From Octopus sinensis (taxonomy: Eukaryota), in assembly GCF_006345805.1 (NCBI RefSeq), contig NC_043026.1, positions 11,408,001 to 11,472,000 on the forward strand: a DNA stretch of 64,000 bases, written 5' to 3'. Position numbers and translations under genes: made by a program. Shown here in pieces: positions 1 to 11,342 of the stretch. The notes below the pieces were generated by a model. The model was given only the letters and a program-made list of their open reading frames with translations, did no database searches and was not told the DNA's origin. How positions within the stretch are numbered: position 1 is the stretch's first letter; each line of letters starts with the position of its first letter.

Positions 1-154
1 ACGGGCTTCTTTCAGTTTCCGTCTACCAAATCCACTCACAAGGCATTGGTCGGCCCGGGGCTATAGCAGAAGACACTTGCCCAAGATGCCACGCAGTGGG
101 ACTGAACCCAGAGCCATGTGGTTGGTAAGCAAGCTACTTACCACACAGCCACTC
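1..154 (-). mobile_element. tRNA-derived SINE head (octopus OR/OK-like family), truncated by the window edge
   Basis: A box TGGCTGTGTGG, B box GGTTCAGTCC, CORE-like cttgggcaagtgtctt. Confidence 0.88.
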
Positions 155-576
155 TAATTTTCGCCACTACTATATGTATAAGGCCTGTGCGGGGGTCGGA
201 TGTGAGATGCTATGTACAAATTACACTATCACTTTCACGGCTGGGACACTTTCCCCTCACTCACGTCAATTCTATTTGCTGCAATAAAATCCAAATTGCC
301 TACCTCGTATTTCAGTTCGTTATGTGTGGATATGACTAGGGCTCGTTTAAGGTTAACATGCAATTCCGAAGAGAAAACAGGATCGAAAGAATTGGATGCA
401 TCACCGAACCCAGATCAGATGTCCCCATTGCTTGCCCAGAACAACCCCTTATCCTACCTCGGCGATCAAAAGATCGTGCTTCGAACGACACCACGTAGCG
501 ACACGTATATCGTGAATAACAAATAAAATCGCAGATCTATAGAAAATCGATAGTTTACAATCACGAAAATGTAGGT

Positions 577-592
577 GGCCCTTAAAAGGACC
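577..592 (-). promoter_or_regulatory. Histone 3' stem-loop of H2B
   Basis: Minus strand GGTCCT-TTTA-AGGGCC, 6-bp stem/4-nt loop, 23 nt after the stop. Confidence 0.93.
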
Positions 593-615
593 GTTTTTTT
601 TCAAGAGACCAAGAT

Positions 616-993
616 TTACTTGCTGCTGGTGTATTTGGTAACAGCCTTGGTACCTTCAGAGACGGCGTGCTTAGCCAACTCCCCAGGGAGAAGCAGACGG
701 ACAGCAGTCTGCACCTCACGGCTACTGATGGTTGAACGTTTGTTGTAGTGGGCCAAACGGCTGGATTCAGAAGCTATTCTTTCGAACAAATCGTTGACGA
801 AACTGTTCATGATGGACATAGCTTTGCTGGAAATACCAGTGTCGGGGTGGACTTGTTTCATTACTTTGTAGATGTAGATGGAATAACTTTCCTTCCTCTT
901 CTTCTTGCGCTTCTTGTCTCCTGCGGGACGTGAAGTTTTGGCCTTGGAAGCCTTCTTGGCTCCTTTCGAAGCGGTAGCTGGTGCTGGTGGCAT
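616..993 (-). CDS. H2B: Histone H2B (replication-dependent, intronless)
   Basis: 125-aa ORF with canonical [27 protein letters not shown]...AVTKYTSSK; 3' stem-loop downstream. Confidence 0.99.
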   Translation of the reverse strand: MPPAPATASKGAKKASKAKTSRPAGDKKRKKKRKESYSIYIYKVMKQVHPDTGISSKAMSIMNSFVNDLFERIASESSRLAHYNKRSTISSREVQTAVRLLLPGELAKHAVSEGTKAVTKYTSSK

Positions 994-1240
994 GATGTCA
1001 CTAGCGCTACTGCTAACTCTGCAGCTACCCTATTTATAGCTGTCAAGTAGGCTCAGCAGATGAACAGTTTTTGCAAATCGGCGCCGTTCATTTTCATTGG
1101 TTGAATTTGGCAACTATGTCACGTGACAAAAGCCCGCTTATTTTTCACCTGCTTCTCGACTGCTGGAGCCGATTAAGCAGTATTTAAAGGCGAAAAGCTC
1201 TATATAATTTTTAGTTACACACTAGTATCGAACTTTGAAA
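994..1240. promoter_or_regulatory. Bidirectional H2A/H2B promoter
   Basis: TATAAATA on minus (~1031-1038), TATTTAAA on plus (~1181), CCAAT on minus (~1096), palindromic GTCACGTGAC (~1118-1127), octamer-like ATTTGCAA on minus (~1071-1078); core nearly identical to 10672-10927. Confidence 0.8.
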
Positions 1241-1618
1241 ATGTCTGGACGTGGTAAAGGAGGAAAAGTGAAGGGAAAGAGCAAGACCCGTTCATCCCGT
1301 GCTGGACTTCAGTTCCCTGTCGGTCGTATCCACCGTCTTCTCCGTAAGGGAAACTATGCCCAACGTGTTGGTGCCGGAGCTCCAGTCTACTTGGCTGCTG
1401 TGATGGAATATTTGGCTGCCGAAGTGTTGGAATTGGCAGGAAATGCTGCCAGAGACAACAAGAAATCGAGAATTATTCCCCGTCATTTGCAGTTGGCCAT
1501 CCGTAACGACGAGGAGTTGAACAAACTTTTGTCTGGAGTGACCATCGCCCAAGGTGGTGTTCTTCCCAACATCCAGGCTGTTCTTCTCCCCAAGAAGACC
1601 CAGAAGGCTTCCAAGTAA
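1241..1618 (+). CDS. H2A: Histone H2A (canonical)
   Basis: MSGRGKGGK...[22 protein letters not shown]; true ATG at 1241 (the ORF track starts at an upstream TTG); no SQEY tail. Confidence 0.99.
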   Translation: MSGRGKGGKVKGKSKTRSSRAGLQFPVGRIHRLLRKGNYAQRVGAGAPVYLAAVMEYLAAEVLELAGNAARDNKKSRIIPRHLQLAIRNDEELNKLLSGVTIAQGGVLPNIQAVLLPKKTQKASK

Positions 1619-1651
1619 GCGCTTTCTGTGGAGTCTACCTTCAGCATCAAC

Positions 1652-1667
1652 GGCCCTTTTCAGGGCC
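1652..1667 (+). promoter_or_regulatory. Histone 3' stem-loop of H2A
   Basis: GGCCCT-TTTC-AGGGCC. Confidence 0.95.
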
Positions 1668-2680
1668 CGCTACATCATAATTTTAGTCTACTTACCGTTT
1701 ATTTTGCGATCCGATTCTTCATAACACATCACGAACCGTTATTCCATAGATACAGTTTATGGTCATCAGCTCGAGTTGGGTGCTTCGTAATCATCTTATC
1801 TGTTTAAAGCTATTGTATTCTTTTGATTGAACTCCTAGCTATTTGATGTTTTTACATAACTCTTATGAATTACTGTCGGATGGTTCCAGGTGATGACCTC
1901 GCTAATATTCTAAGATTACGGATTTTCAAAATGTTTTAAACTGTGACTGGGAGAAAATGGGTATATTTTAATACTGAAAGTTTCGAAATTTGCCGAAAAA
2001 TATTGGGTCATCAAGGTAAAAGGGAACAAGGCTACTTGGTGTGGTAAGATCTAAAACGAATTTGGGTTAAAAAAATGACTCCCAGCAATGACCTCTCTGA
2101 TATTTTGACTTTATAAATAAGGGATGGGGGTGAAAAAGTTGGAATTTCAGAATTTTATTAAAAATATAAATGTAGCGAAATTTGCCGAAAAGTATTAGTC
2201 ATCAATGTAAGTAAAAAAAAAAGGCTAATAGGTGTAAAAAGATCTAAATCATTTTGAGCAAGCGATCGGAGATGGCTTTCGGGAAATTCACACGATCCGA
2301 TTTTTCCCTCATAACTTTCAGGAAAAGTATCTTTTAATGAAAGTTTATACAAATACCTTTTCAAACAGCGTAGGAATTTGAGGAAAACTTTTTTCTCGGT
2401 GGACAGGGTAGAAGTTTCGGATCAGAAAGACTACATAGCTATTTTTTTTAATTTCCCACCATCCAGACCGATTTTTGGCCTAGGAAAGGACAGGAAAGAG
2501 TGTAATTTGACGGAGATTTGGCTATTCTTTCTAGCACATTCCAGGGCTACCCTCGTTACTTTCTCGTTCACGCATGTATTAATGTTTCCCAATATTCTTC
2601 TCCCCATGAACACATTTATGCTATAAAGAGAAATATTCAACATTTGTGATTTTCTGTCAGCCCTACTCTCCGCCTCTGAT

Positions 2681-3062
2681 TACTCTTTTACTTGTTTCAG
2701 TCATTTGATTGCGGCCATGCTGGAGCACCGCCCTTAGTCGAGCAAATCGACCACGGGACTTATTCTTTGTAAGCCCAGTACTTATTCTATCGGTTTCTTT
2801 TGCTGAACCGCTAAGTGACGGGGACGTAAACAAACCAGGATCGGTTGTCAAGCAATGCTGGGAGGACAAACACACACATACATACATATATATACATATA
2901 TACGACGGGCTTCTTTCAGTTTCCGTCTACCAAGTCCACTCAAGGCTTTGGTCGGGTCGGGGCTATAGAAGACACTTGCCCAAGATGCCACGCAGTGGGA
3001 CTTGAACCCGGAACCATGTGGTTGGTTAGCAAGCTACTTACCACACAGCCACTCCTGCGCCT
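2681..3062 (-). mobile_element. Full-length tRNA-derived SINE (head, microsatellite, tail)
   Basis: Same family; tail ...gcatggccgcaatcaaatgactgaaacaagtaaaagagta. Confidence 0.9.
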
Positions 3063-3192
3063 ATTGTTTCTGTTTGTAATTTAAAATATTGGAGAGACTG
3101 GGGTCATTTCTGGCATTTATCCACTGGTTTTAAGAAAAGAAATAGGTAAGAGATTAATTTTAAATAGCATAATTTCTGTTAGAAAATGTTTT

Positions 3193-3618
3193 GGCAATCT
3201 TTCGTCTCTAGTAGACCTTTCCGTCGATTTCCGTAAAAAAAATTTTTTTTTTTTTTACATATGGGCTTGCGGGAACTTTTGAAGTAATGAGAGCGAAAGA
3301 GACTAAGAGAAAGCGATTGTATGACGAGGGAAGTTCTTTTGAAGTTACCGTCCAGGGGAAGCATTGATATACATGTGTGTGTGTGTGTTTGATGGGGTGT
3401 GGGAGACAGACAGTATGTTGTGTAAGTGAAGTGCTTCTGTTAGTGTGTGTGAAGAGACAGAGTAATGTGTGAAAGAAAGAGATAACTGAAATTTTTTACT
3501 CGGTGTATGTGTATATGTATGTATATTACTTCAAAAGTTCCCGCAAGCCCATATGTAAAAACAAAAAAAAATTTTTACGGATATCGACGGAAAGGTCTAC
3601 TAGAGACGAAAGATCGCC
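3193..3618. mobile_element. Merlin-like MITE (copies 12050-12454, 55602-56002)
   Basis: ~95-bp TIRs beginning GGCAA/GGCGA; 8-bp TSD aatgtttt; empty site visible at ~8316-8340 on the opposite palindrome arm. Confidence 0.82.
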
Positions 3619-3910
3619 AATGTTTTTTCTCTTAAACACAGACATGGTCCAATGGTATCATTAAGGATGGTGGGGAAAGAAAAAGTAACTTCCAAACGGT
3701 TTTTTTCACAAAAGGATGCCCCCCTCGTCATTTCGAAGGTTGTGGTGAAAACCAACTGGAAAATCCCCGTCAAAATGGAGAAATTCCAACTTATGTGGTC
3801 TTCTTCATCCGAAACACTTCTCCCCACTCGCCTTGGAAAAAAGTTCCTCCCACAAATTTCTTTATAATCGTAATCTATTCCGTTTGAAAAGAAAAAAAAA
3901 CATTTACTCT

Positions 3911-4283
3911 CTACTCTTTTACTTGCTTCAGTCATTTGACTGTGGCCATGCTGGAGCACCACCTTTAGTCGATCGAATCGACACCGGGACTTATTCTTTG
4001 TAAGCCTAGTACTTATTTTATCGGTCTCTTTTGCCGAACCGCTAAGTTACGGGGTTGTAAACACACCAGCATCGGTCGTCAAGCGACGTGGGAGGGGGAC
4101 AAACACACATATATAATTTCTTTATTATTCATACGGATTACCACAGATGGGGACAATACATATATACGATGGGCTTCTTTCAGTTTCCGTCTACCAAATC
4201 CGCTCACAAGGCTTTGGTCGGCCCGAAGCTATAGTAGAAGACACTTGCCGGAGGTGCCACGCAGTGGGACTGAACCCGGAACC
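3911..4283 (-). mobile_element. SINE, same family, 5'-truncated
   Basis: Homology to 2681-3062. Confidence 0.85.
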
Positions 4284-4833
4284 ATTTATATAAACTTTCA
4301 TTAAAATATAGCTATTTTCCTGAAAGTTATGAGGGAAAAGTCGGATCGTGTGAATTTTCCGATGGTCCCCCATCCCCCACTCTCGTTCGTGTGCGCTAAT
4401 TTTTTACATTCGTTTTCTACACATTTTTAAATAGGTTTAAATACCTATTAGACTAGTTTTTTTGTTTTTAGTCACTTTGTGTCAATGAAACAAGGAAGGT
4501 AGTCATGGGAAGTGCTAGAAATAACAGCTAAATCTCCCTTAAATCGCCTTTTCGTCTAGGTTTCTCCCATGGTTTATTAGTGCATCGTGCCAAGAAATAA
4601 TAATAATAATAATTTCAACCCTCGAAACATTAAACTCATTTGCGTTAAACATTTTACCAACTCAATATATATTTCAATGACAAAATACCTGCGTATGATT
4701 GATTGATTGATTCTAGTTTCAGCTCATGAGCTGTGGCCATGCTGGGGCACCGCCATGTTTGCTGTTCTTAGTTAATACCACGGAGAAACTCGGAAATATT
4801 TTCAGCATCCAAGGATTAAATTAAAATCCGAAA

Positions 4834-5346
4834 TCTATATATATAAAACTGTAGTTGTGTGAGTGTCTTTCCCCTTCGATTTAGATTCCTAACTACTCCC
4901 ACATTTTGCGGTGCAGTTTAACCAAATTCGGGTATCTTATAGTCGTGATTCATATCGAGCCCGTCTGGCTATTAGCGCGCGTCTACGATGAGTCTACGAT
5001 TTTAAAAATAATTTAACATCATTTTTTATTCCATTTTAATGCATAATTTTTCGTGTGTCGATGGCGGCGGAGTTGGCGTCCATGGTCACACCTGCACCTG
5101 TTTGCTTCTCCCCCTTCTTCCCTCCCTCGTGAAGCTGTGGGGAAGGGAGTGTAAGGAAATCAACGTCGTAAAGCGTTGTCAAGGAGACCAGCGTTCTTTT
5201 AGAACAACGACTTCATGGCTTGAAGACACCAAAACAGAAATGGCTAAGAAAGCCCGAATTGGCATCTATAAGGGAAGTAACTCTCTAAAAATGCTTATGT
5301 AGTTATTTCCCTTACAAACCCGAGCAACGCCGGGCGATACTGCTAG
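4834..5346 (+). mobile_element. Non-autonomous Helitron
   Basis: A|TC 5' end, subterminal GC-rich hairpin-like cccgagcaacgccggg, CTAG|T 3' end, no TSD. Confidence 0.82.
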
Positions 5347-5569
5347 TTTAAAATGAAACTAATGAGCTGAAGGTATATTAGACTATTTAAAGTCATAAAT
5401 ATATGTTCAGGATGTGAGGGTATCCATAGCTGTGCAATAAAAAGCTTATTTCGCAACCGTGGTTCTAGATTCAATGCGCGATCGGCTGACGTGTGGCACT
5501 TACCAGCGATGACACGCAATGGGACCGAACCCGGGACTTGGTGATGGCAAAGCAAACGTAACCATTTCG

Positions 5570-6133
5570 GACGTGTGGGTTTATGCCGAACACCTGTTGT
5601 CAGACGGAAGAAGAGTTCAGCTGTCGTCTGAGTCAATCTTAAAAATTGACCCGCCTGGTTTCATGACGAACGAAGGTAAGCATTGCTTTCTCGTGACGGT
5701 AGCAGTTGCGAAAGGGGTTATATGGAAGACTAGAGTGAAAGGTATAATGTCTGTCAGACACCATGATCTCTGGCACCGCCCTAACGAACTTTTTCAGGTT
5801 CCATCTGAAAAGGAAGGTGGGGCTAGAGAAAAGGTGTCTGTCAGAGTCTGTATTCAAAAAGAGATGGATGCTAGGTGTGAAAGGCCTTGCATGAACACGC
5901 CGTGATCCCTTACCAAAAGGTTTCAGTTAAAATAACAGGGCTCGTGGGGTCGGCTAACCTGTTCTTTTGACTTCATAAGTCCCTTTTTGTTTGTTTGTTC
6001 TTATTCGATTTCATTTTCATTATAACTCCATTGTAAATAACCCATCCGATTTCACTGTAAATAGTTCCATTTCATCCACATGACCCCCAAAATCATCGTA
6101 TTGTCCCCATCCATGTAAACCCTTAGGGGTAAT
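5570..6133 (+). mobile_element. 5'-truncated L1/Tx1-like LINE (further 3' fragments ~13465-13720 minus, ~16617-16711 plus)
   Basis: 20-bp TSD aagcaaacgtaaccatttcg (5550-5569, 6134-6153); ORF2 C-terminus-like VWVYAEHLL...IWKTR; 3' hairpin + aataa. Confidence 0.72.
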
Positions 6134-8373
6134 AAGCAAACGTAACCATTTCGTTATATATTAATCATGAAATCAGATTTTATTGCTGTCTCGATAACGG
6201 CGGAAGGGAGATAACTCGGACGTAAACTGGCTGACAACATTTTAGCGAATATCAAAAATATTTGTGTCTGCTTTGATAATTTCATGAATTTGAGGTCTTG
6301 TTCTGTTATAAAACATTAACGGATTAACACAATCAATAGACAGCATAAAGCTTTACATCAGATCGTAATTATTATAAAAACTGCAGTAATAACGTCCCTC
6401 CTCCAGCTGGTTGTGAATGTTCCCCTACTCCTAGTCAAACCGGATCGAGCAAACTCATGGCCAAGCACTGTCACATCCAGTCTTTTCATGGATATCTACG
6501 GATATATTTTATTATATTATATCTTTTGCCTTCCATGGAGGTATAATGTGGTTCGCTGTTGATTTGGCTGGTATCAGCACAGCGAGAAGACTACATACAG
6601 ATCATCCAGTTTAGAGAACAAATCACCAACTATAAATTATTTCGGATGTCGTTTCGTAATCTAAAACTGTACAAATTTTATTTCTGTATTGTTTCTTGTG
6701 AATTAATCACAAGAAACAATACACATTGTTTCTAAGATGCTCTCTCATTTACAGAATTGCGATGTCAACACTAAAAATACTTTTTCTCATCGCACTTCCG
6801 AATGGAATATTTAGACATTCTTTAGATCGCCTAATACTTTACTTTATCGTTAATATGATGTAGATCCAGGGATCTAAGGTACACAAAGCCAAAATTTTAA
6901 ATTAAGGAGTGAAATTTGAAAAAAATTTCGCCTTTGCCACCTCCGACATCTAAAGCGTAAGAATCCGTAAAATACACTTTTCAAGGAGGTGCGATGTTAA
7001 AAAAAAAAGCCTCATAGCCAAGCATTCTTTCATCCATGGATATTTAGGGATATATTTTATTATATTGTGTCCTTTTCATGTGAAATTAAAGTGTTCATTT
7101 TTTTTTTTTGTTTTGAAAGTTACAAAAAAATATGAATGCAGAAATAAAAGCAAACTCTTTTGAAAAGAGAAAAGTAGAAATTGCAAGAGAAATACTGCGA
7201 CAAAATGAAATTAAAGAGAATCATTTTATCAACGCAAAACATCGTGTGTGTATGGAACTGAAAATGGTCTTGCTCATTTGAGATTTGGCTGTTATTTCTA
7301 GCATGTGGATAGCCAGCCTGCTTGAAGGCCAAAAATTGGGAGGAGAGGGTGTTGGGGGTATTTTGTCATTCTTTTTAAAAAATTGAAATTTTACAATTTT
7401 TTTTTTCAGAATCATAATCTTCGTAATTTGCAAAAGAAAATTTCCAGAAAAAGTGAAAAATGAAGAATAGGGGTCTAATGGGGGAGCTGGAAATTGAAAT
7501 TTTGAATTTGCGATTTTCGAAAATCTTTTTTTCAGAATCGGATTCTCTATAGCCGAAAACGTGGGTTTCCGGGAAGAAAAAAATCGATGTATATCCATTT
7601 TCCTGAAAGCTATGAGGGAAAAATCAGATCTTGTAGGCTGGCTTTTATTGTTTTCGTCAACAGATGGGGATCTTTATATTGATCCCTCCCTCCAGAGTAA
7701 TTTTGGTCAATTTTCTTGGCATGATGCCCTTATGGGAGAAACTAAACGACAGGTGATTTAAGGGAGATTTGGCTTTTATTTCTAGCACTTCTCATGACCA
7801 CACATGTTTCATTGACACAAACGTGTATTTCAATATTTGGTGACTCCAGGTCAAAGAAACAGATCCCCGTCTAATAGGTTTTAAAAAATGTGTAGAAAAC
7901 GAATATGAAAAATTTGCGCAAACAAAGGGGTGTGGGTGGGGAGAGGACCTTCGGAAAATTCATACGATCCGATTTTTCCCTCACAACTTTCAAGAAAATA
8001 GGTATCTTTTAGTGAAAGTTTATACAACTGTTTTTCAAACGGCATAGGTCACGATTATAAAGAAATTTGTAAGAGAAAAGCTTTTACAACTCGAGTGGGG
8101 AGAGGTGTTTCGGGTCAAGAAAACCACGAAATTTGGTATTTCTCCGTTTTGACGGGGATTTTCCAATTGTTTTTCATCACAGCCTTCGAAATGCCATTTT
8201 ATGAAAAAACGGTTTGGAAAATTTTTACCCTTCCCACCACCTTGAAGATACCAATTGGACCACACGCTTGCTCCATTGGTGATACAAGCATCAACAACAA
8301 ATAAGGCTGTGTGTCTAAGAGAGAAACATTTTCTAACAGAAAGTACGCTATTTAGAATTAATTATCTCTTACA

Positions 8374-8563
8374 TACTCTTTTACTTGTTTCAGTCATTTC
8401 ACTGCGGCCATGCTGGAGCACCGCCTTTCGTCGAGCAAATCGACCCCGGGACTTATTCTTTGTAAGCCCAGTACTCATTCTATCGGTCTCTTTTGACGGG
8501 GACGTAAACACACCAGCATCGGTTGTCAAGCAATGCTAGGGGGACAAACAGACACAAACATAT

Positions 8564-8645
<82 letters not shown>

Positions 8646-8818
8646 ACATATATACGACAGGCTTCTTTCAGTTTCCGTCTACCAAATCCACTCACAAGGC
8701 ATTGGTCAGCCTGGGGCTATAGCAGAAGACGCTTGCCCAAGATGCCACGCAGTGGGACTGAACCCGGAACCATGTGGTTGGTAAGCAAGCTACTTACCAC
8801 ACAGCCACTCCTGCGCCT
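8374..8818 (-). mobile_element. SINE, full length with internal (CA)n(TA)n
   Basis: Homology to 2681-3062. Confidence 0.9.
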
Positions 8819-9458
8819 ATTTTTTTTTTTAAATCAGTGGATAAATGCCAGAAATGACTTCGGTCTCTCCAATATTTTAAATTATAAACAGAAACAATCA
8901 GGACTGAAAGAAAATTATAAATCTTCAAATTTTTTTAGTGTTTATGGGGACTAAAATATTGGAAAATATCAATACATGCGTCAACGAGAAAGAAACGACA
9001 GCTAAATCTGCTTTAAATCACACTTTTTCCTCTGAAAATACTTACAATTTTCTAATTCTTTCACCGAAAAGTATTTAAGAGCGAAAAATTTGGTCCGGAA
9101 GGCGGGAGTTTCAAAATATAACTTATGTGGTATTTCTGATCCGAAACTGTTTTCCCTACCCACTGGAAAAAGACTCCCTAAAAATTCTAAATTGCAATCT
9201 ATGCTATTTGAAAGATATCTGTATAAACTTTCATGAAAAGTTACCCATCTTTCCTGAAAGTTATGAGGGATCGTGTGAATTTCCCGAAAGCCATCTCCCT
9301 CGTTCGCTCGCCCAAATTGTTTTAGATCTTTTTACACCTATTAGCCTTTTTTTTTTACTTACATTGATGACCAATATTTTTCGGCAAATTTCGATACATT
9401 TATATCTTTAATATAAGAAATACTAAATCTCTCGTAGAGACATGTACGGTGGTGGGGC

Positions 9459-9618
9459 GATAGAATGGTTGTATACTGTCAATCTAACACGAACGTGACA
9501 GTAGGGGTGTACACCACCGCTGTGTAGCCCTAGGAAATGCTTCCTAGGGCTATACAGCGGTGGTGTACCCCCTTACAGTCACGTTCGTGTTAGACTGATA
9601 GTATACAACCATTCTATA
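9459..9618. repeat. Near-perfect 160-bp palindrome
   Basis: atagaatggttgtatactgtc...ccctaggaa / ttcctaggg...gtatacaaccattctat; arm related to ~63330-63370 plus ~63795-63820. Confidence 0.9.
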
Positions 9619-10243
9619 TTTTTAATAAAATTCTGAAATTCCAACTTTTTCACCCCCATCCCTTATTTATAATGTTAAAATATCAGGTCATTGCTGGGAG
9701 TCATCCTATAGTGACTTATAAAGGGTTGTGTAAAATATTTCTTTTAATAGAATTTTCCCAAATGTTTCAATCATCTTTTCTTACTTAAATCCCAGCAATG
9801 GACAACGCGTGAGTCACTCCGGCTGTAAAACATCAACATGTGAGTGACAAAGAAACGAAGTGTGGGCTAGAAACAACAGCCAAACCTCCCTTATATCAAA
9901 CCTTTGTAAGCGACTCCACCTAGTTTAAATTAAGCCCCGACACACGCAATTCGGATAGACTGGTTCCACATCACAGCACCGCCTGCCCGCTCTTTCTGTA
10001 TTGACACCGTATCCGCTTATTGTATCGCCACTGCCCTTAACATCCAAGAAATTATTGTCAGAAAGAAGTTACTTAAAGGATAAAAATTGCTGTCCACGAT
10101 ACGATCTCTTGGGTAATCTGTATTAAAAAAAAAACGGATTGGTGTTGTTTTACCGTTTCCTATGTTAGAAACGGGCAAGATAAACCACCCACATTAAAGA
10201 TCGCAAAGAAAACCGGCAAGAAGACTATGTGTAGAAAATGAGG

Positions 10244-10259
10244 GGCCCTGAAAAGGGCC
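10244..10259 (-). promoter_or_regulatory. Histone 3' stem-loop of H2A copy 2
   Basis: Reverse complement GGCCCTTTTCAGGGCC. Confidence 0.95.
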
Positions 10260-10293
10260 GTTATACGAAGGCAAACGCCATCAGCGAAGGCGC

Positions 10294-10671
10294 TTACTTG
10301 GAAGCCTTCTGGGTCTTCTTGGGGAGAAGAACAGCCTGGATGTTGGGAAGAACACCACCTTGGGCGATGGTCACTCCAGACAAAAGTTTGTTCAACTCCT
10401 CGTCGTTACGGATGGCCAACTGCAAATGACGGGGAATAATTCTCGATTTCTTGTTGTCTCTGGCAGCATTTCCTGCCAATTCCAACACTTCGGCAGCCAA
10501 ATATTCCATAACAGCAGCCAAGTAGACTGGAGCTCCGGCACCAACACGTTGGGCATAGTTTCCCTTACGGAGAAGACGGTGGATACGACCGACAGGGAAC
10601 TGAAGTCCAGCACGGGATGAACGGGTCTTGCTCTTTCCCTTCACTTTTCCTCCTTTACCACGTCCAGACAT
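10294..10671 (-). CDS. H2A: Histone H2A, second copy
   Basis: Protein identical to 1241-1618; stem-loop at 10244-10259 (minus). Confidence 0.99.
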   Translation of the reverse strand: MSGRGKGGKVKGKSKTRSSRAGLQFPVGRIHRLLRKGNYAQRVGAGAPVYLAAVMEYLAAEVLELAGNAARDNKKSRIIPRHLQLAIRNDEELNKLLSGVTIAQGGVLPNIQAVLLPKKTQKASK

Positions 10672-10927
10672 TTTCAAAGTTCGATACTAGTTTGTAACAA
10701 AACAGGGAAGTGAATTTTTTTTTCAGCCTTTCGCCTTTAAATACTGCTTAATCGGCTCCAGCAGTCGAGAAGCAGGTGAAAAATAAGCGGGCTTTTGTCA
10801 CGTGACATAGTTGTCAAATTCAACCAATGAAAATGAACGGCGCCGATTTGCAAAAACTGTTCATCTGCTGAGCCTACTTGACAGCTATAAATAGGGTAGC
10901 TGCGAAGTTACCAGCACTAGTGACATC

Positions 10928-11305
10928 ATGCCACCAGCACCAGCTACCGCTTCGAAAGGAGCCAAGAAGGCTTCCAAGGCCAAATCTTCGCGTCCCGCAG
11001 GAGACAAGAAGCGCAAGAAGAAGAGGAAGGAAAGTTATTCCATCTACATCTACAAAGTAATGAAACAAGTCCACCCCGACACTGGTATTTCCAGCAAAGC
11101 TATGTCCATCATGAACAGTTTCGTCAACGATTTGTTCGAAAGAATAGCTTCTGAATCCAGCCGTTTGGCCCACTACAACAAACGTTCAACCATCAGTAGC
11201 CGTGAGGTGCAGACTGCTGTCCGTCTGCTTCTCCCTGGGGAGTTGGCTAAGCACGCCGTCTCTGAAGGTACCAAGGCTGTTACCAAATACACCAGCAGCA
11301 AGTAA
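10928..11305 (+). CDS. H2B: Histone H2B, second copy
   Basis: 125 aa, one substitution versus copy 1 (AKTSRP/AKSSRP). Confidence 0.99.
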   Translation: MPPAPATASKGAKKASKAKSSRPAGDKKRKKKRKESYSIYIYKVMKQVHPDTGISSKAMSIMNSFVNDLFERIASESSRLAHYNKRSTISSREVQTAVRLLLPGELAKHAVSEGTKAVTKYTSSK

Positions 11306-11326
11306 ATCTTGGTCTCTCGAGAAAAC

Positions 11327-11342
11327 GGTCCTTTTAAGGGCC
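11327..11342 (+). promoter_or_regulatory. Histone 3' stem-loop of H2B copy 2
   Basis: GGTCCTTTTAAGGGCC. Confidence 0.93.

Noticed and set aside
1235-1240. MK N-terminal extension of H2A in the ORF track
   Set aside because: Artefact of a TTG start; the eukaryotic ATG is at 1241 (10671 in copy 2)
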